Below, in pieces: positions 18,445 through 28,324 of a DNA stretch of 64,000 nucleotides. Source of the stretch: Vicinamibacterales bacterium (GTDB lineage Bacteria > Acidobacteriota > Vicinamibacteria > Vicinamibacterales > UBA2999); contig CBDHFM010000030.1 in assembly GCA_965262505.1 (NCBI GenBank), positions 2,528,088 to 2,592,087 on the forward strand, given 5' to 3'. The first letter of the stretch is position 1. Each line of letters begins with the position of its first letter. A program made the position numbers and the translations under genes. The notes below the pieces were generated by a model, which ran no database searches, had not been told where the DNA came from, and worked only from the letters and a program-made list of their open reading frames with translations.

Positions 18445-19750
18445 GGGCTTGTCAGACAATTACTGACTTTTGTGTTCTCGGAGCAGCGGGATGGATCGTG
18501 TAGTTCCAGTCGCCGTGAAAGCGATGCCGCTCGAGGCGTACCGTCGCCAGCTGCGCATCGGTGACGGTGATGCCACCCGGGTATGGGCCGCGGTCGAGTT
18601 CCGACCGAACGCGGAGTCCGGACCGACTGTGCGTCGAGCCAATGAGGCTCACGATCGTGGCCAAGTCGACGAGTGGGGTGCCGCGCCAATTCATCGCGAT
18701 GTGCGAGAACACCCGATGCTCGATCTTGTTCCACTTGCTCGTACCCGGCGGAAAGTGACAGACCGTGATCACCAAGCCCGTCCGATTGGCCAGACGCTGC
18801 AGTTCCCACTTCCACAACCGGAGGCGCGCCCCGTTGCTCCCGCCTGCATCCGCCGTGATCAACAGCGACTGGGCTTGTCGATACGCCGGGCGACCCATGT
18901 GCTGCCACCAACGCTGGATCGACCGTACCGCGAAGCTCGCGGTGTCGTGATCGATCCCGACACGCACCCAGCCTTCGTTGCGATGCAGATCGTAGATGCC
19001 ATACGGAATGGCCTTCCCGCCCGTGGTGGCGGTGGCCGGGATCACGAAGTCGTGGACCTGTACCCGCTGCGGCGTCTTCGCCGGGCGCCAGGTGCGGCCC
19101 GCGTTCTTGAACGCGCCGACCAGCTCCTTCTTCTTGGTGTCCACCGAAATCGTCGGCTGCTGTTGCCGTTGCGCGCGTCGCACGCGCCGGGCGATGTACC
19201 GAAACTGCGCGTCCCGATCGACATGCTGGCGGCCCTCACGAGTCTTGGCGTTGCCCTGCAGGCTGTAGCCCAGTCCGTGCAACAACTCGGCGACCACCGT
19301 GTGGCTGACGCGGTGGCCCAGACCGTCGAGCGCCACCGCCAACGTCCGTGCGCTCTGGCACGTCCACCGCAGCGGCGAGTCGGGATCGCCGGGGGCGGTC
19401 GGCTCAACCAACGCATCCAAATCGCGCAGCAGCGTCGCGTCGAGATCGATCGCGCGCTTGCGGCCGCCGCCCGCCCTTCGCGTCCGGCCGCCCGCGAGCG
19501 GCTCGTCCGCCGTCAATTCACGCAAACCGCGCTGGATGGTCGATGTCGCGATACCCGTGGCTCGGGCGACCAGCGCCGTGCCGCCATAACCGATCGCCTG
19601 GGCCTCAGTCGCCGCCCACACCCGGCGCGATCGCTCCGTGAGCACGGGCGCCAGCGCTGCATGCTTTGCCCGCAGGGTGGCCACCTCCACGGGCGCAGCG
19701 TACTACTCGCCGATCAACAGTGCAAGCAGTTATTTCCTTACAGGCTCTTA
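18442..19750 (-). mobile_element. ISAzo13-family insertion sequence, copy 1 (1309 bp including flanking TTA)
   Basis: Shares its whole length with copy 2 (30754..32062). Imperfect ~24-bp terminal inverted repeats (TTAGGGCTTGTCAGACAATTACTG versus the reverse complement of CAGTTATTTCCTTACAGGCTCTTA). TTA lies at both junctions (18442-44, 19748-50). Confidence 0.85.
18452..19690 (-). CDS. ISAzo13-family DDE transposase
   Basis: 412 aa. ISVDTKKKELVG, GKAIPYGIYDL, LLITADAGGSNG, VCHFPPGTSKWNKIEHRVFSHI and FHGDWNYTI are hallmark ISAzo13 (DDE_Tnp_ISAZ013) blocks. Confidence 0.9.
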   Translation of the reverse strand: MEVATLRAKHAALAPVLTERSRRVWAATEAQAIGYGGTALVARATGIATSTIQRGLRELTADEPLAGGRTRRAGGGRKRAIDLDATLLRDLDALVEPTAPGDPDSPLRWTCQSARTLAVALDGLGHRVSHTVVAELLHGLGYSLQGNAKTREGRQHVDRDAQFRYIARRVRRAQRQQQPTISVDTKKKELVGAFKNAGRTWRPAKTPQRVQVHDFVIPATATTGGKAIPYGIYDLHRNEGWVRVGIDHDTASFAVRSIQRWWQHMGRPAYRQAQSLLITADAGGSNGARLRLWKWELQRLANRTGLVITVCHFPPGTSKWNKIEHRVFSHIAMNWRGTPLVDLATIVSLIGSTHSRSGLRVRSELDRGPYPGGITVTDAQLATVRLERHRFHGDWNYTIHPAAPRTQKSVIV

Positions 19751-20244
19751 CGACCCCGACCGGCTTCTTGAGCCAGGCACGTGAGCGCTGGTGGGAACTC
19801 GACGTGTCTTGCCCGGGGCGGCGGGCGATCATGAACGACATTGCCTCCGCCATCGGCATCGAGCAGCTCAAGAAACTGCCGGCGTTCATCGATCGGCGAA
19901 AGCAAATCCATGCGTTCTACGACAGTGCCCTTGAGGAGTTGGACTGGCTACGGACCCCGCCTGAGCCACCGCCCTGCGCACAGTCGTCGTATTACATGTA
20001 CTGGATCCAGACCCACCCGGACATTCGCGATCGACTGGCGACATGGCTGAGGGAAGACGGTATCTACACCACGTTTCGGTACTACCCACTGCACCGCCTA
20101 CCGCTCTTCGGCGCGAGCGCGCCGCTGCCACACGCCGAGCAGGCTGCGCAGTCGACGCTCTGTGTGCCGATTCACCAATCGCTGTCCGAAGGGGACACGT
20201 ACCGCATCGTTGATTCCATTCGTGAGTTCGGCAAGAGGCTGTGA
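19748..20244 (+). pseudogene. DegT-family aminotransferase, 3' portion
   Basis: ..TTPTGFLSQARERWWELDVSCPGRRAIMNDIASAIGIEQLKKLPAFIDRRKQIHAFYD.. is the DegT C-terminal domain. Removing 18445..19750 (1306 nt = 3n+1) joins ..LNLGL to TTPTGF.. in frame. Confidence 0.8.
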
Positions 20245-20253
20245 AGCCGTCGC

Positions 20254-20860
20254 ATGGTGTTTGCGTTCACGTTTCTCGGAGAGTTCGGCTACGAGCTGCT
20301 GAACTGGCAGGGGGTCATCAGACAGTTTTCCAGGACGCTCGATCCGGCCGATGCTATCGTGTGCTGCAGTCGCGGGAACGTGTATCCCATCTACGAGATG
20401 GCCGACGCCTACGTCGATATCTCCGAGGTCCCGCTGTTCAAGCACAGCCGGGGCTGCTGCTATTCGGGCACGGTCGGTGCCGGAGCGCCTAGCCGCCGGC
20501 TGAATCGCGTCTTCGACGCGGCACTGCGGGGATCGCTGCGGTCTTTTGTCCGCAGGCGGATACGGGCGCTCGAACCCGCGTGGAAGGGAGCGGCCGACCG
20601 CGAGCTGACGTTCGTGTTCAGCTCCAGGAAGACCAAGGTTCGAGGCTTCACGTTCGGCTGCGATCCGGAGCGGGTCGAGGAGGAGGCTGACATCTTCGAG
20701 CGGTTGGACCTCGGGGCGAACCTCTTCGTGAAGATCCGGCCGGACCTCCGGGTCCGAAACCAGATCGAGGGGCATCTCGGGTTCAATCTGTCGGAGCCGT
20801 ACGTGTTAATCCAGACACGAGCCCGGCCGGTGGGCCCTCAGTCGCCCATCGTACTGCCGA
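20254..20860 (+). pseudogene. Hypothetical GT-B-like protein (weak GT9-like C-terminal signature), 5' portion, interrupted by IS30
   Basis: MVFAFTFLGEFGYELLNWQGV.. runs to ..SEPYVLIQTRARPVGPQSPIVLP and then into the IS30 terminal repeat. Confidence 0.55.
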
Positions 20861-22058
20861 TTCAACCGGTCGATGCAACGGTTTCCGCAAGTACTTCTGC
20901 CGGGGTCCGATAGTCGAGCGTCTTCCGCGGTCGGGTGTTGAGCTCGCGCGCGATCGCATCAAGCTGGACTTGTGTATAGCCCGAGAGGGGTGTCCCCTTC
21001 GGAAAGTATTGTCGCAGCAGGCCGTTGGTATTCTCGTTGGTCCCCCGTTGCCACGGACTATACGGATCACAGAAATAGACCTGCACGCCTGTCGCGATCG
21101 AGAACGCGTGATGGGCCGCAAGTTCCAAGCCGCGATCCCACGTGAGCGTGGCCATGAGGCCCTCGGGCAACCGCTGGACCTGCTGCGTGAGCGCCTGCAC
21201 TACCGTCTGCGTCTCGCGCCCGGTGATCCGGACGAGGCACACGTAGCGCGAGCGCCGCTCGACCAGCGTCGCCACCGAGGACCGCCGCGCCCCCACTAAC
21301 AGGTCCCCTTCCCAGTGACCCGGGACCGCGCGATCCTCCACCGTCGCCGGGCGCTCGCGAATCGAGACGGCGCCCACGATATAGCCCCCCGTCTGGGTCC
21401 CCCGCGTCCGCGGGCGCCGCACCGTGCGCCGACGCCGCAACTGCGCCTGCAACACCCGTTTGAGCACCCCGCGACTTTGCACAAACAGGCTGCGATAGAT
21501 CGTTTCGTGCGAGACGCACATGCTCGGATCGTCAGCATACGCCCGGCGCAGCCAGCCGGCGATCTGCTGGGGCGACCACTTGTGCGCAAGCTGCGCCGCC
21601 ACCACATCCCGAAGGGCGGGGTGCGTCGCCAACCGACACCGCTTGTGGCGCCGGCCGCGGGCCCACGCCTGGTCGTCGGCTATCGTGGCCCGATACCGGC
21701 GCCGCCCGCCGTGGCGCCGCACTTCCCGACTCACCGTCGAGGCGGCTCGGCCCACCCCGCGACTGATCTGCCGCAGGGACGCGCCGCAGGCCAGGCCCCG
21801 GGAAATCGCCTCGCGCTCGGTCAGCGTCAGCGCCTGCCGCGCCCGCTGGCGCCCCGGCGGCGGGATGCCCCCCGTCCGGACGACTTCATACCGCACCACC
21901 TTCCCCGCGCGGCTCAGCGCACGGCCGATGGCCTTCAACGTCTCGCCCCGCCGCCAGCGGCGCCACACCTCCGCCTTCTCGGCGGCCGTCAGCCGTGGCC
22001 CTCGTCGTCGCACCATGACACCTCCCATTTCGAGTGCATGTTGCATCGACCGGTTGAA
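20861..22058 (-). mobile_element. IS30-family insertion sequence (~1.2 kb)
   Basis: 19-bp perfect terminal inverted repeats: TTCAACCGGTCGATGCAAC (20861-20879) and its reverse complement (22040-22058). The transposase stop overlaps the left repeat. The exact ends are uncertain by 1-2 nt and no clean target duplication is visible. Confidence 0.8.
20862..22016 (-). CDS. IS30-family transposase
   Basis: HTH N-terminus, then VPGHWEGDLLVG..SSVATLVERRSRY and DRGLELA..VYFCDPYSPWQRGTNENTNGLLRQY DDE blocks. I start it at MVRRRGPRL (22016); the listed ORF start 22130 lies outside the IS repeat. Confidence 0.85.
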   Translation of the reverse strand: MVRRRGPRLTAAEKAEVWRRWRRGETLKAIGRALSRAGKVVRYEVVRTGGIPPPGRQRARQALTLTEREAISRGLACGASLRQISRGVGRAASTVSREVRRHGGRRRYRATIADDQAWARGRRHKRCRLATHPALRDVVAAQLAHKWSPQQIAGWLRRAYADDPSMCVSHETIYRSLFVQSRGVLKRVLQAQLRRRRTVRRPRTRGTQTGGYIVGAVSIRERPATVEDRAVPGHWEGDLLVGARRSSVATLVERRSRYVCLVRITGRETQTVVQALTQQVQRLPEGLMATLTWDRGLELAAHHAFSIATGVQVYFCDPYSPWQRGTNENTNGLLRQYFPKGTPLSGYTQVQLDAIARELNTRPRKTLDYRTPAEVLAETVASTG

Positions 22059-22060
22059 CG

Positions 22061-22578
22061 CACCACCGAAGGAAGGGCTCATCAGTGAACTCGCGAAAAG
22101 AATGCGGGTCGTCCTGCTGTCGTTCGACACCGGAAGGGCGTTCGATAGCTTTTCGCGCTTCGATCCATCCCTGCGATGTCTACATTACAGGGGTCGGTCG
22201 TTTCCAGAGCAGGCGTGCCTTATTGAATTTGCGAGGCGCTGCGTCTTCTTCACCGAGGGCACTTTCGGAGGCCACCTCTATGTGCCACCGTTGATGGGGA
22301 AGGATGTCGTCGCCATCGGGCCACGAAGCGTCGACACAGAGTGGAGTGCGATCATAGACTTCTGGAACCGTCACGTGTGTCGTTTCGGCGGCCAGATCGT
22401 TCTGAAGGTCTCCGAGGACGTGCTCGCGTCCGGGCGCAGCACGCGGGAACTGGCTGATGAGATCGTCTCCGCGTGCGCACGCGGGCCAGAGGCTGGCCTG
22501 TTCAGTGCTCGGCCGCGTGAACACGTCGTAGATTCGACTGGACTACTTGCACCTGAATCAAACGTGAAGACGCCCTAG
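22061..22578 (+). pseudogene. Hypothetical GT-B-like protein, 3' portion
   Basis: PPKEGLISELAKRMRVVLLSFDTGRAF..SFPEQACLIEFARRCVFFTEGTFGGHLYVPPLMGKDVVAIGP. Excising exactly 1200 nt (20861..22060) restores one 374-aa frame. Confidence 0.55.
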
Positions 22579-22606
22579 TAAGACTCAGAAAGAGCCGTTC
22601 GAAATC

Positions 22607-22892
22607 CTAATAAGGCTTACCCGTCAAATTATCGGGCACTCTATCAATGGCAGCCAAGTGAATGGTGCCCGTGATTCGAGGCTTGGTATCAGTATTCGTA
22701 TTGGACCGATGCACCAAGTCCCGATGCAAGACACCAACATCTCCCACTTCTGCTTCAAAATGCACTTCCTCATATTTCTGCGATAGACGATCAATATCCT
22801 TTGGCACCAAAGAAGTAGAACCATTCTCATATTTCTTGATGGCAGTACACGGCAAGGTGCCTAGTTGATGGCTTCGTTTCAAGAAGCGACGT
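22607..22892 (-). pseudogene. PhyH-like Fe(II)/2-oxoglutarate dioxygenase, 3' portion (low GC)
   Basis: ..RRFLKRSHQLGTLP..VGDVGVLHRDLVHRSNTNTDTKPRITGTIHL carries the distal His and Arg of the PhyH fold. About 45% GC in a hand-counted 100-nt sample. Confidence 0.6.
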
Positions 22893-22918
22893 CCCCCCGT
22901 CTTCAGTAGCACTTCGGT

Positions 22919-23767
22919 TTAGAGTCCGGCGGTGACTGTACTGCGTTCCGCGACCAGCCGCTTGGCGTACTGGGCGGGCGTGAGCCCGCCCAGTCCCTTC
23001 TTCGGCCGCTCCTCGTTGTACTCGCGTCGCCAGGCCTCGACGAGGACCTGGGTATGGACCAGACTCGTGAACCAGTGCTCGTTGAGGCACTCGTCGCGGA
23101 ACCGGCCGTTGAACGATTCGATATAGGCGTTCTGATTCGGCTTGCCCGGCTCGATCAGGCGCAACGTGACGCCGTGCGTATGGGCCCATGTCAGCATGGC
23201 GCGCCCGCAGAACTCCTTCCCGTTGTCGGTGCGCAAGATACGCGGCAGGCCGCGCTTGAGCGCGAGTTGATCGAGCACGCGGGTGACCGGCAGCCCACCG
23301 AACGCGCGGGCCGGCACGATGGCCACCGCTTCGGTGGTCGCGTCATCGACGACGGTCAGGCACTTCACCACCCGTCCCTCGGCCGTGCGGTCGAAGACGA
23401 AGTCGGCAGACCAGACCTCGTTCGGCGCCTGGGGGCGTACCAGGGGCTGGCGGTCCGCCACCGGGATCTTCTTGCGTCGCCGCCGACGTACCTGCAGCCT
23501 AGCCTCGGTATACAGGCGCTCCACCCGCTTGTGGTTGACCCGTGTTCCCGCCTGCCGCAGCTTGAGGTAGATCATCCCGGCACCGTAGCGACGGTGCCGG
23601 TGCGCTAAGGTCACGATGCGGGCTCGCAACGCCGCGTTAGTATCCGGCGCCGGGGTGTATCGCAGCGACGAGGCACTCATGTGCACCAGCGCGAGCGCGC
23701 GCCGCTCGCTCACCCCCTGCGCGGTCATATCCCGCACCAGCACCCGTCGGGCTGGGGCGGTCACCAC
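22919..23767 (-). CDS. IS3-family transposase OrfB (integrase core)
   Basis: 282 aa. [57 protein letters not shown]. Confidence 0.9.
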   Translation of the reverse strand: MVTAPARRVLVRDMTAQGVSERRALALVHMSASSLRYTPAPDTNAALRARIVTLAHRHRRYGAGMIYLKLRQAGTRVNHKRVERLYTEARLQVRRRRRKKIPVADRQPLVRPQAPNEVWSADFVFDRTAEGRVVKCLTVVDDATTEAVAIVPARAFGGLPVTRVLDQLALKRGLPRILRTDNGKEFCGRAMLTWAHTHGVTLRLIEPGKPNQNAYIESFNGRFRDECLNEHWFTSLVHTQVLVEAWRREYNEERPKKGLGGLTPAQYAKRLVAERSTVTAGL

Positions 23768-24024
23768 TTTTTTCGCAACGCATCGCGCGTCACCTCGTTG
23801 TCCAGCACGGACTCGGCCAGCAGCTTCTTCAGCCGCGTATTCTCGGCAATCAGCTCCTTCAGGCGTTTCGCGTCCGAGACGGTCATCCCGCCGAACTTAT
23901 TCCGCCAGAGGTAGTAACTGGCCTCCGAGAACCCGTGCCGGCGGCACAGGTCCTTCACCGGCAGGCCCGCTTCGGACTCCCGCAGGAACCCGATGATCTG
24001 CGCCTCGCTGAATCGTTGCTTCAC
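23761..24024 (-). CDS. IS3-family transposase OrfA
   Basis: 87 aa. [47 protein letters not shown] is the IS407-group OrfA consensus. Confidence 0.9.
   Translation of the reverse strand: MKQRFSEAQIIGFLRESEAGLPVKDLCRRHGFSEASYYLWRNKFGGMTVSDAKRLKELIAENTRLKKLLAESVLDNEVTRDALRKKW
23767..23773 (-). promoter_or_regulatory. Programmed -1 ribosomal frameshift heptamer A_AAA_AAG at the orfA/orfB overlap
   Basis: Minus strand reads ..CGA AAA AAG TGG TGA; the orfB frame is open from this point. Confidence 0.7.
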
Positions 24025-24085
24025 GTCCGATCTCCCTTCTCGTGAGCTCGGACTCTAAACCCGGGTGCTACTCAATTCGGGGGGG

Positions 24086-24421
24086 ACGTCGGAAGCTCGC
24101 CGTGCCATTTTTCTTGGTAGCTGGTTCAAACACCGGAAAACAAACCGTTGCTCCAGCGGCACCAAGAGCGTCGTAGTTACTTTCCTGATGCCACGACCAA
24201 CCCAGGCGGTCCTCATTAGGAATCGAAAAAATCACGCTTGAATGAGCATCCAACAGCACCTTTTCGCTTTCACCAGTCAATTCGCGGACGATCCCAGAGC
24301 AAGAGACTCTTGCTTCGTCCATGGCTATGGATTGCCTTGTGAGCAGATGAATTCGATAGAGAAGAGCAGGGTCTTCCCGATTTATTCTCAAACATGCTTG
24401 AAAAACATCTTCGTTGGCCAT
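24086..24421 (-). pseudogene. PhyH-like dioxygenase, 5' portion (low GC)
   Basis: The ATG at 24421 gives MANEDVFQACLRIN.. through ..GWSWHQESNY..VFEPATKKNGTASFRR (the HxD/E iron motif here is HQE). Joining to 22888 through a single ACGT gives ..NGTASFRRRFLKRSHQLG.. in frame, 205 aa in total. Confidence 0.6.
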
Positions 24422-25051
24422 GGAGTGCGCACCGGCGCACGTGATGATGTGGCTCGCATAGAAGCTGGTCGTCGAGATATCGCTGAGCGCGCCGATCGGA
24501 CGGCCGGCAATCAAGCTCCCAATCGTGTCCGCCGAATCTTCGATGACTTTGAGGCCGTGCGCGTCAGCGATCTGTCGAAGGCGCGGCCAATCCCCTAGAT
24601 TCCCGATCAGGTTCGGGACCATCATCGCCCGGGTCCGCGGCGTGATGGCTTCTTCGACCTTGCCTGCATCGATTTGAAACGTGTCGAGCTCGACGTCGAC
24701 GAACGCGGGAACGAGATGCTGCTGGACCAGTGGAGCCACCGTAGTTCCGAACGTGCACGCCGGCGTGATGACCTCAGAACCCGGAGCGAGATCCAGGGCG
24801 GCCACCGCAAGCATGTTCGCGGACGACCCCGAGTTGGTCATCACGCCATGGGTCTTGCCGAACAACGCAGCCACCAGGCCCTCGAACTCCCTGACCGCCG
24901 GGCCGTTGATCAGTTCGAGACGCCGGGTTCTGAGGACGCGGACGACCGCCTCGATCTCGGATTCGTCGTACACCGCCTCCGCATACAGCACTTTGCGCCA
25001 CGACACGATATCAACGATATTACAGTTCGTATGCCGGCCTGCGCACTTCAC
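24422..25051 (-). pseudogene. RfbH/DdhC (E1 dehydrase)-like PLP/PMP enzyme, 3'-truncated and fused in frame to the dioxygenase cassette
   Basis: AVYDESEIEAVVRVL, NSGSSANMLAVAAL, GSEVITPACTFGTTVAP, VIEDSADTIGS and TTSFYASHIIT (His in place of the aminotransferase Lys) match the first ~210 aa of ~430-aa RfbH proteins. The remainder is absent. Confidence 0.6.
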
Positions 25052-25104
25052 GAGCTCGTGGGTACCCGCCAGGCGGCGTCGTACCGGCGGGAACGTCGAG
25101 CCGA

Positions 25105-26322
25105 ATGACCGACCGTCTCCCCCGCGTGGTGTTCTGGGACAACCTGCCGGCGCCCTATTCCGTTGAGGCGTACAACGCGTTCGCCGATCGGCGGAGTTTC
25201 GACCTTTCCGTGTGGTTCTGCCGACGAACCGACCCGGATCGAAGCTGGGACGTCAATGAATCTGAGTGGCGCTTCACCGGCACGTACGTCGAAGATCCGA
25301 GCCGCGGTCTCGCCGAGGCCGCCCGTTTCGCGCATCGCTGCAGAGCCACCAGCCCGGATCTCATCGTCTCTCCATATGGTGAGCGGCCGTTCGTCGCTGG
25401 CCACGCGATCATTAAGGCGCTGGGGATCCGGACCACTTTTTTTGTACAGCGGACTTTCGATGCATGGATACGGAGAGCGCGCTGGAAGGAGATTGCGAAG
25501 GCCATCCTCTTCCGCTCGGCCGATTTCGCGTATATACACGGCCCGGATGGCCAGCGGTATGCGCGCCGGTATGACTTTCCAGAGGACACGATCTTCGCTG
25601 TCAGACAGACGACCAACGTCGAGCATTTTGCTCGACCTGTGTCGGCGGAGGAGCGGCGGCGTCACAGAGCCAGAGTCGGCGTTCACGGATGCGTGTTTCT
25701 GTACGTGGGGCGGCTCTGGAAGGGCAAAGGACTCAGGTTCCTGATCGAGGCGTTCCGGCGCGCACGGCTCGAAAGCGACGCGATTTCGCTTCTGCTCGTG
25801 GGGGACGGCGTCGATGAGCACGAAATTCGCGGCGCGGCGCGCGGCGTTAACGGCATCGTCTTTTGGCCGTTCGTGCAGGCTCGCGACTTGACGGCGTATT
25901 ACGCCGCGTCGGACGTCTTCGTGTTTCCGACGCTTGGCGATCCGTGGGGACAAGTGATCGAGGAGGCACACGCCGCTGGGCTGCCGATCATCACGACCAG
26001 CGCGGTAGGCGAGGTGCGCCAGCGCGTTGTCGACGGCACGACGGGGTTCGTCGTCCCGCCAGCCGACACCGCCGCGCTCGCCAAGGCCATGCTCACGCTG
26101 GCGGGCGATCCGGGCCTGCGCAGATCGATGGGCGAGCGTGGACGCGAGCGGGTGAAGATGTGGGGACATGACACCTATGTGTCAGAGATGGAGCACCTGG
26201 TGAGCGCCTGTCTTACCGCGCCGCGTCGCACGACGTTCGCGGCGCGAGGAATGTCGGCCGCAGGCACCGTGGTCATTCACACCGCCAGCGCAGCGGCGCG
26301 TGCGCGAAAGTTTTGCCAGTAA
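25105..26322 (+). CDS. Glycosyltransferase family 4
   Basis: 405 aa. GRLWKGKGLRFLIEAF and FPTLGDPWGQVIEEAHAAGLPIITTSAVGE GT1 motifs. Confidence 0.85.
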   Translation: MTDRLPRVVFWDNLPAPYSVEAYNAFADRRSFDLSVWFCRRTDPDRSWDVNESEWRFTGTYVEDPSRGLAEAARFAHRCRATSPDLIVSPYGERPFVAGHAIIKALGIRTTFFVQRTFDAWIRRARWKEIAKAILFRSADFAYIHGPDGQRYARRYDFPEDTIFAVRQTTNVEHFARPVSAEERRRHRARVGVHGCVFLYVGRLWKGKGLRFLIEAFRRARLESDAISLLLVGDGVDEHEIRGAARGVNGIVFWPFVQARDLTAYYAASDVFVFPTLGDPWGQVIEEAHAAGLPIITTSAVGEVRQRVVDGTTGFVVPPADTAALAKAMLTLAGDPGLRRSMGERGRERVKMWGHDTYVSEMEHLVSACLTAPRRTTFAARGMSAAGTVVIHTASAAARARKFCQ

Positions 26323-26341
26323 GAACGGCCCAAAGCGCGCT

Positions 26342-27709
26342 TCAGACCGGTAAACGGGCATCTTCTGGCGCAGGATACCCGAGCGGCGTATCGTGACTGA
26401 CGCTCCCGCATTCGCGTCGAAGCACACCGGCATGCCACGCGAGAACCGCGCAGTTCACCATGGCCAGAATCAGAGTCAGGTCAACGCTGGCGAGTGTGCG
26501 TGGGAGGGCATAGCGAAGATCGTCCTCACCCAAACCGTAGAAGAGGTTCAGATTAAGGGCGTAGATTGCGCTGATGGCGACAAGAAGAGGGAAAAACCGC
26601 GGTCGGCCGGCGGCGGCGAGCGCCAGCAGCGGCACGGCTGCGAACAGGTGGGTCTCGTGGACTTGTGTGGCAAGCACTACATACGCGTGCACGAAAAAAG
26701 CCGCTGCCGCAGCCAAGAGCCACAGGTCGCGTGTTTGTCGCGCCGTCCAGACTCCCCACGCTATCGCGGCCAGCGCAAACGTTGACCCGAGGAGGCGCAC
26801 GAAGATGCGTGCGGTTGGCGGCGCAAAGTCGGTGAACGCCGAGATCGGCACGATATCGGCTCGCATTGTGATGGCAGTCCTCAGATCTATGCCGGGCACC
26901 TGCATCACGTGCAGGATATGGCCGAGAATCCACCACAGATTGCATGCGTTTGACAGCATGTCCTTTCCGAGGGTGAGCGTCCCCACAGCGAGGATCATGT
27001 TCGTCGTCGCACCTGCCACGACGATCGGCGTCACGATGACGAGCGACGTCAACGCGGCGCCCGCAAGCGCGGACCGAGTTCGTGACGTTCGGTCCGAGTG
27101 AGCCACGTTCCAGATGGCAAGCGCCACCGCCGGGACCACAAACACAGCCTGCGGCTTCGTCAGCACCGCCGCCGCCATGAGGCCTCCGGCAAGCGCGGGC
27201 CAGCCGGCGACCCCGGCGATGAGGGCACCGACCGCGGGCAGCACGGATAGCGTATCGACGATGCCGAAGACGCTCGTCGCGAGAATCATCGCCGGGTTCA
27301 GCCAATAGACGAGCGTGATCCGGCGCGCCGCCGTCAAGCCGACGGCGCGGCGCACGACCAGGAACAGCAACACCGCGAGGGCTGCTTCCGCGAGCAGGGC
27401 TGGCGCCTTGATGGCCGCCGTCAACGCGTCGGTTCGGGGAAAGCGTCCGCCGGACACCCGATAATAGATCCGCCCGACGAGTCCGATTTCGTACAGTGCA
27501 AGTGGGGGATAATCGCCTCGCGCGTTGAATCCGTCGACCGTACGCAGGCTGAGGTCTCGCGGCGCGGCGGCCCAGTCGTACAATCGTGCCTCGCCACGAG
27601 TGGCCGCAACGTAGCTCCAGCCCTTCTCCACGTCGTCGGTTCCAGCCATAGGGAGCGCCGCGAGCCGGAGAGCCGCTCCGATGACAAGGGCGACCACGTA
27701 CAGTTTCAC
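26342..27709 (-). CDS. Polytopic membrane protein, GT-C-like glycosyltransferase (DUF2029/GT87-like)
   Basis: 455 aa, more than 10 TM segments. The first loop contains YPPLALYEIGLVGRIYY, typical of GT-C mannosyl/arabinosyl-transferase-like proteins. Confidence 0.55.
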   Translation of the reverse strand: MKLYVVALVIGAALRLAALPMAGTDDVEKGWSYVAATRGEARLYDWAAAPRDLSLRTVDGFNARGDYPPLALYEIGLVGRIYYRVSGGRFPRTDALTAAIKAPALLAEAALAVLLFLVVRRAVGLTAARRITLVYWLNPAMILATSVFGIVDTLSVLPAVGALIAGVAGWPALAGGLMAAAVLTKPQAVFVVPAVALAIWNVAHSDRTSRTRSALAGAALTSLVIVTPIVVAGATTNMILAVGTLTLGKDMLSNACNLWWILGHILHVMQVPGIDLRTAITMRADIVPISAFTDFAPPTARIFVRLLGSTFALAAIAWGVWTARQTRDLWLLAAAAAFFVHAYVVLATQVHETHLFAAVPLLALAAAGRPRFFPLLVAISAIYALNLNLFYGLGEDDLRYALPRTLASVDLTLILAMVNCAVLAWHAGVLRRECGSVSHDTPLGYPAPEDARLPV

Positions 27710-28324
27710 GACGCGCGTGTCCCGTTACGCTTGCGCGCGGCCATAGCCGTGTGTTCCATTGACGCACAGGCTGCATCGGTCCACCGAGAGTTCGCGTAAA
27801 TCCAGGCACAGTTGGCACGCGGCAGCCTTACTTCCATGCGCACACATAGCCAGCCACTCCTTCGGATTTCCGTTTCGAAGGGGTTCGACGAATCATAGCC
27901 GTGACTGATCACGGACAGCCGTCGTGGCACCCGCATTAGCGAGGCTTTGACGTTCTGCAGCACCGCCTCGAGGATCGCGCCGTTGAATGGACGTGCGAAG
28001 TAGACCATGGTCGCGTCATCTGGGACGTCGTATGCGACGACATCATTGGTCACGACCTCGATGTCTTGGCACATCATCCGCTTGCGGGCCCGCTGGACGT
28101 TACGGCGCGCGATTTCATTGAGGGCGGTGGAACCTTCGACGCCGATCACTCGTGCGAAGGGATGCAAAGCCGCGATGATCACCGCTCGGCCTGTGCCTGA
28201 TCCGAAATCGACGAAGACGTCCCTACCGGGCTGGATGTCCAGCCCCTGCATAATTCTTCGAAGGTTGCCGTAAGCTGAGGGAGCGCAATTGGTGGGCTCG
28301 TTGTGGTCATATCCAAGCGCTTCC
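27706..28324 (-). pseudogene. Class I SAM-dependent methyltransferase, interrupted after codon ~5 by IS701-like copy A
   Basis: The open frame extends upstream of the listed Met to the IS junction (..EALGYDHNEPTNCAPSAYGNLRRIMQGLDIQPGRDVFVDFGSGTGRAV..). On the far side of the IS, 29770..29758 (minus strand) reads ATG GCA CCG CTT C. Through one CTAG this gives MAPLPREALGYDH.. in frame. Confidence 0.7.

Larger units (their letters stand above)
22893..24085 (-). mobile_element. IS3-family (IS407-group-like) insertion sequence, 1193 bp
   Basis: ~40-bp imperfect terminal inverted repeats: CCCCCCGTCTTCAGTAGCACTTCGGTTTAGAGTCCG (from 22893) versus the reverse complement of CGGACTCTAAACCCGGGTGCTACTCAATTCGGGGGGG (to 24085). 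4-bp target duplication ACGT (22889-92, 24086-89). Confidence 0.85.

Noticed and set aside
20862-22130. A 422-aa version of the IS30 transposase ORF
   Set aside because: The first 38 codons lie outside the 19-bp terminal inverted repeat (22040-22058), in host-gene sequence. The start was trimmed to 22016.
22085-22294. A 69-aa ORF starting just after the IS30 end, as a possible IS-driven hybrid gene
   Set aside because: It is out of frame with the supported continuation of the interrupted GT-B-like gene and has no features of its own.
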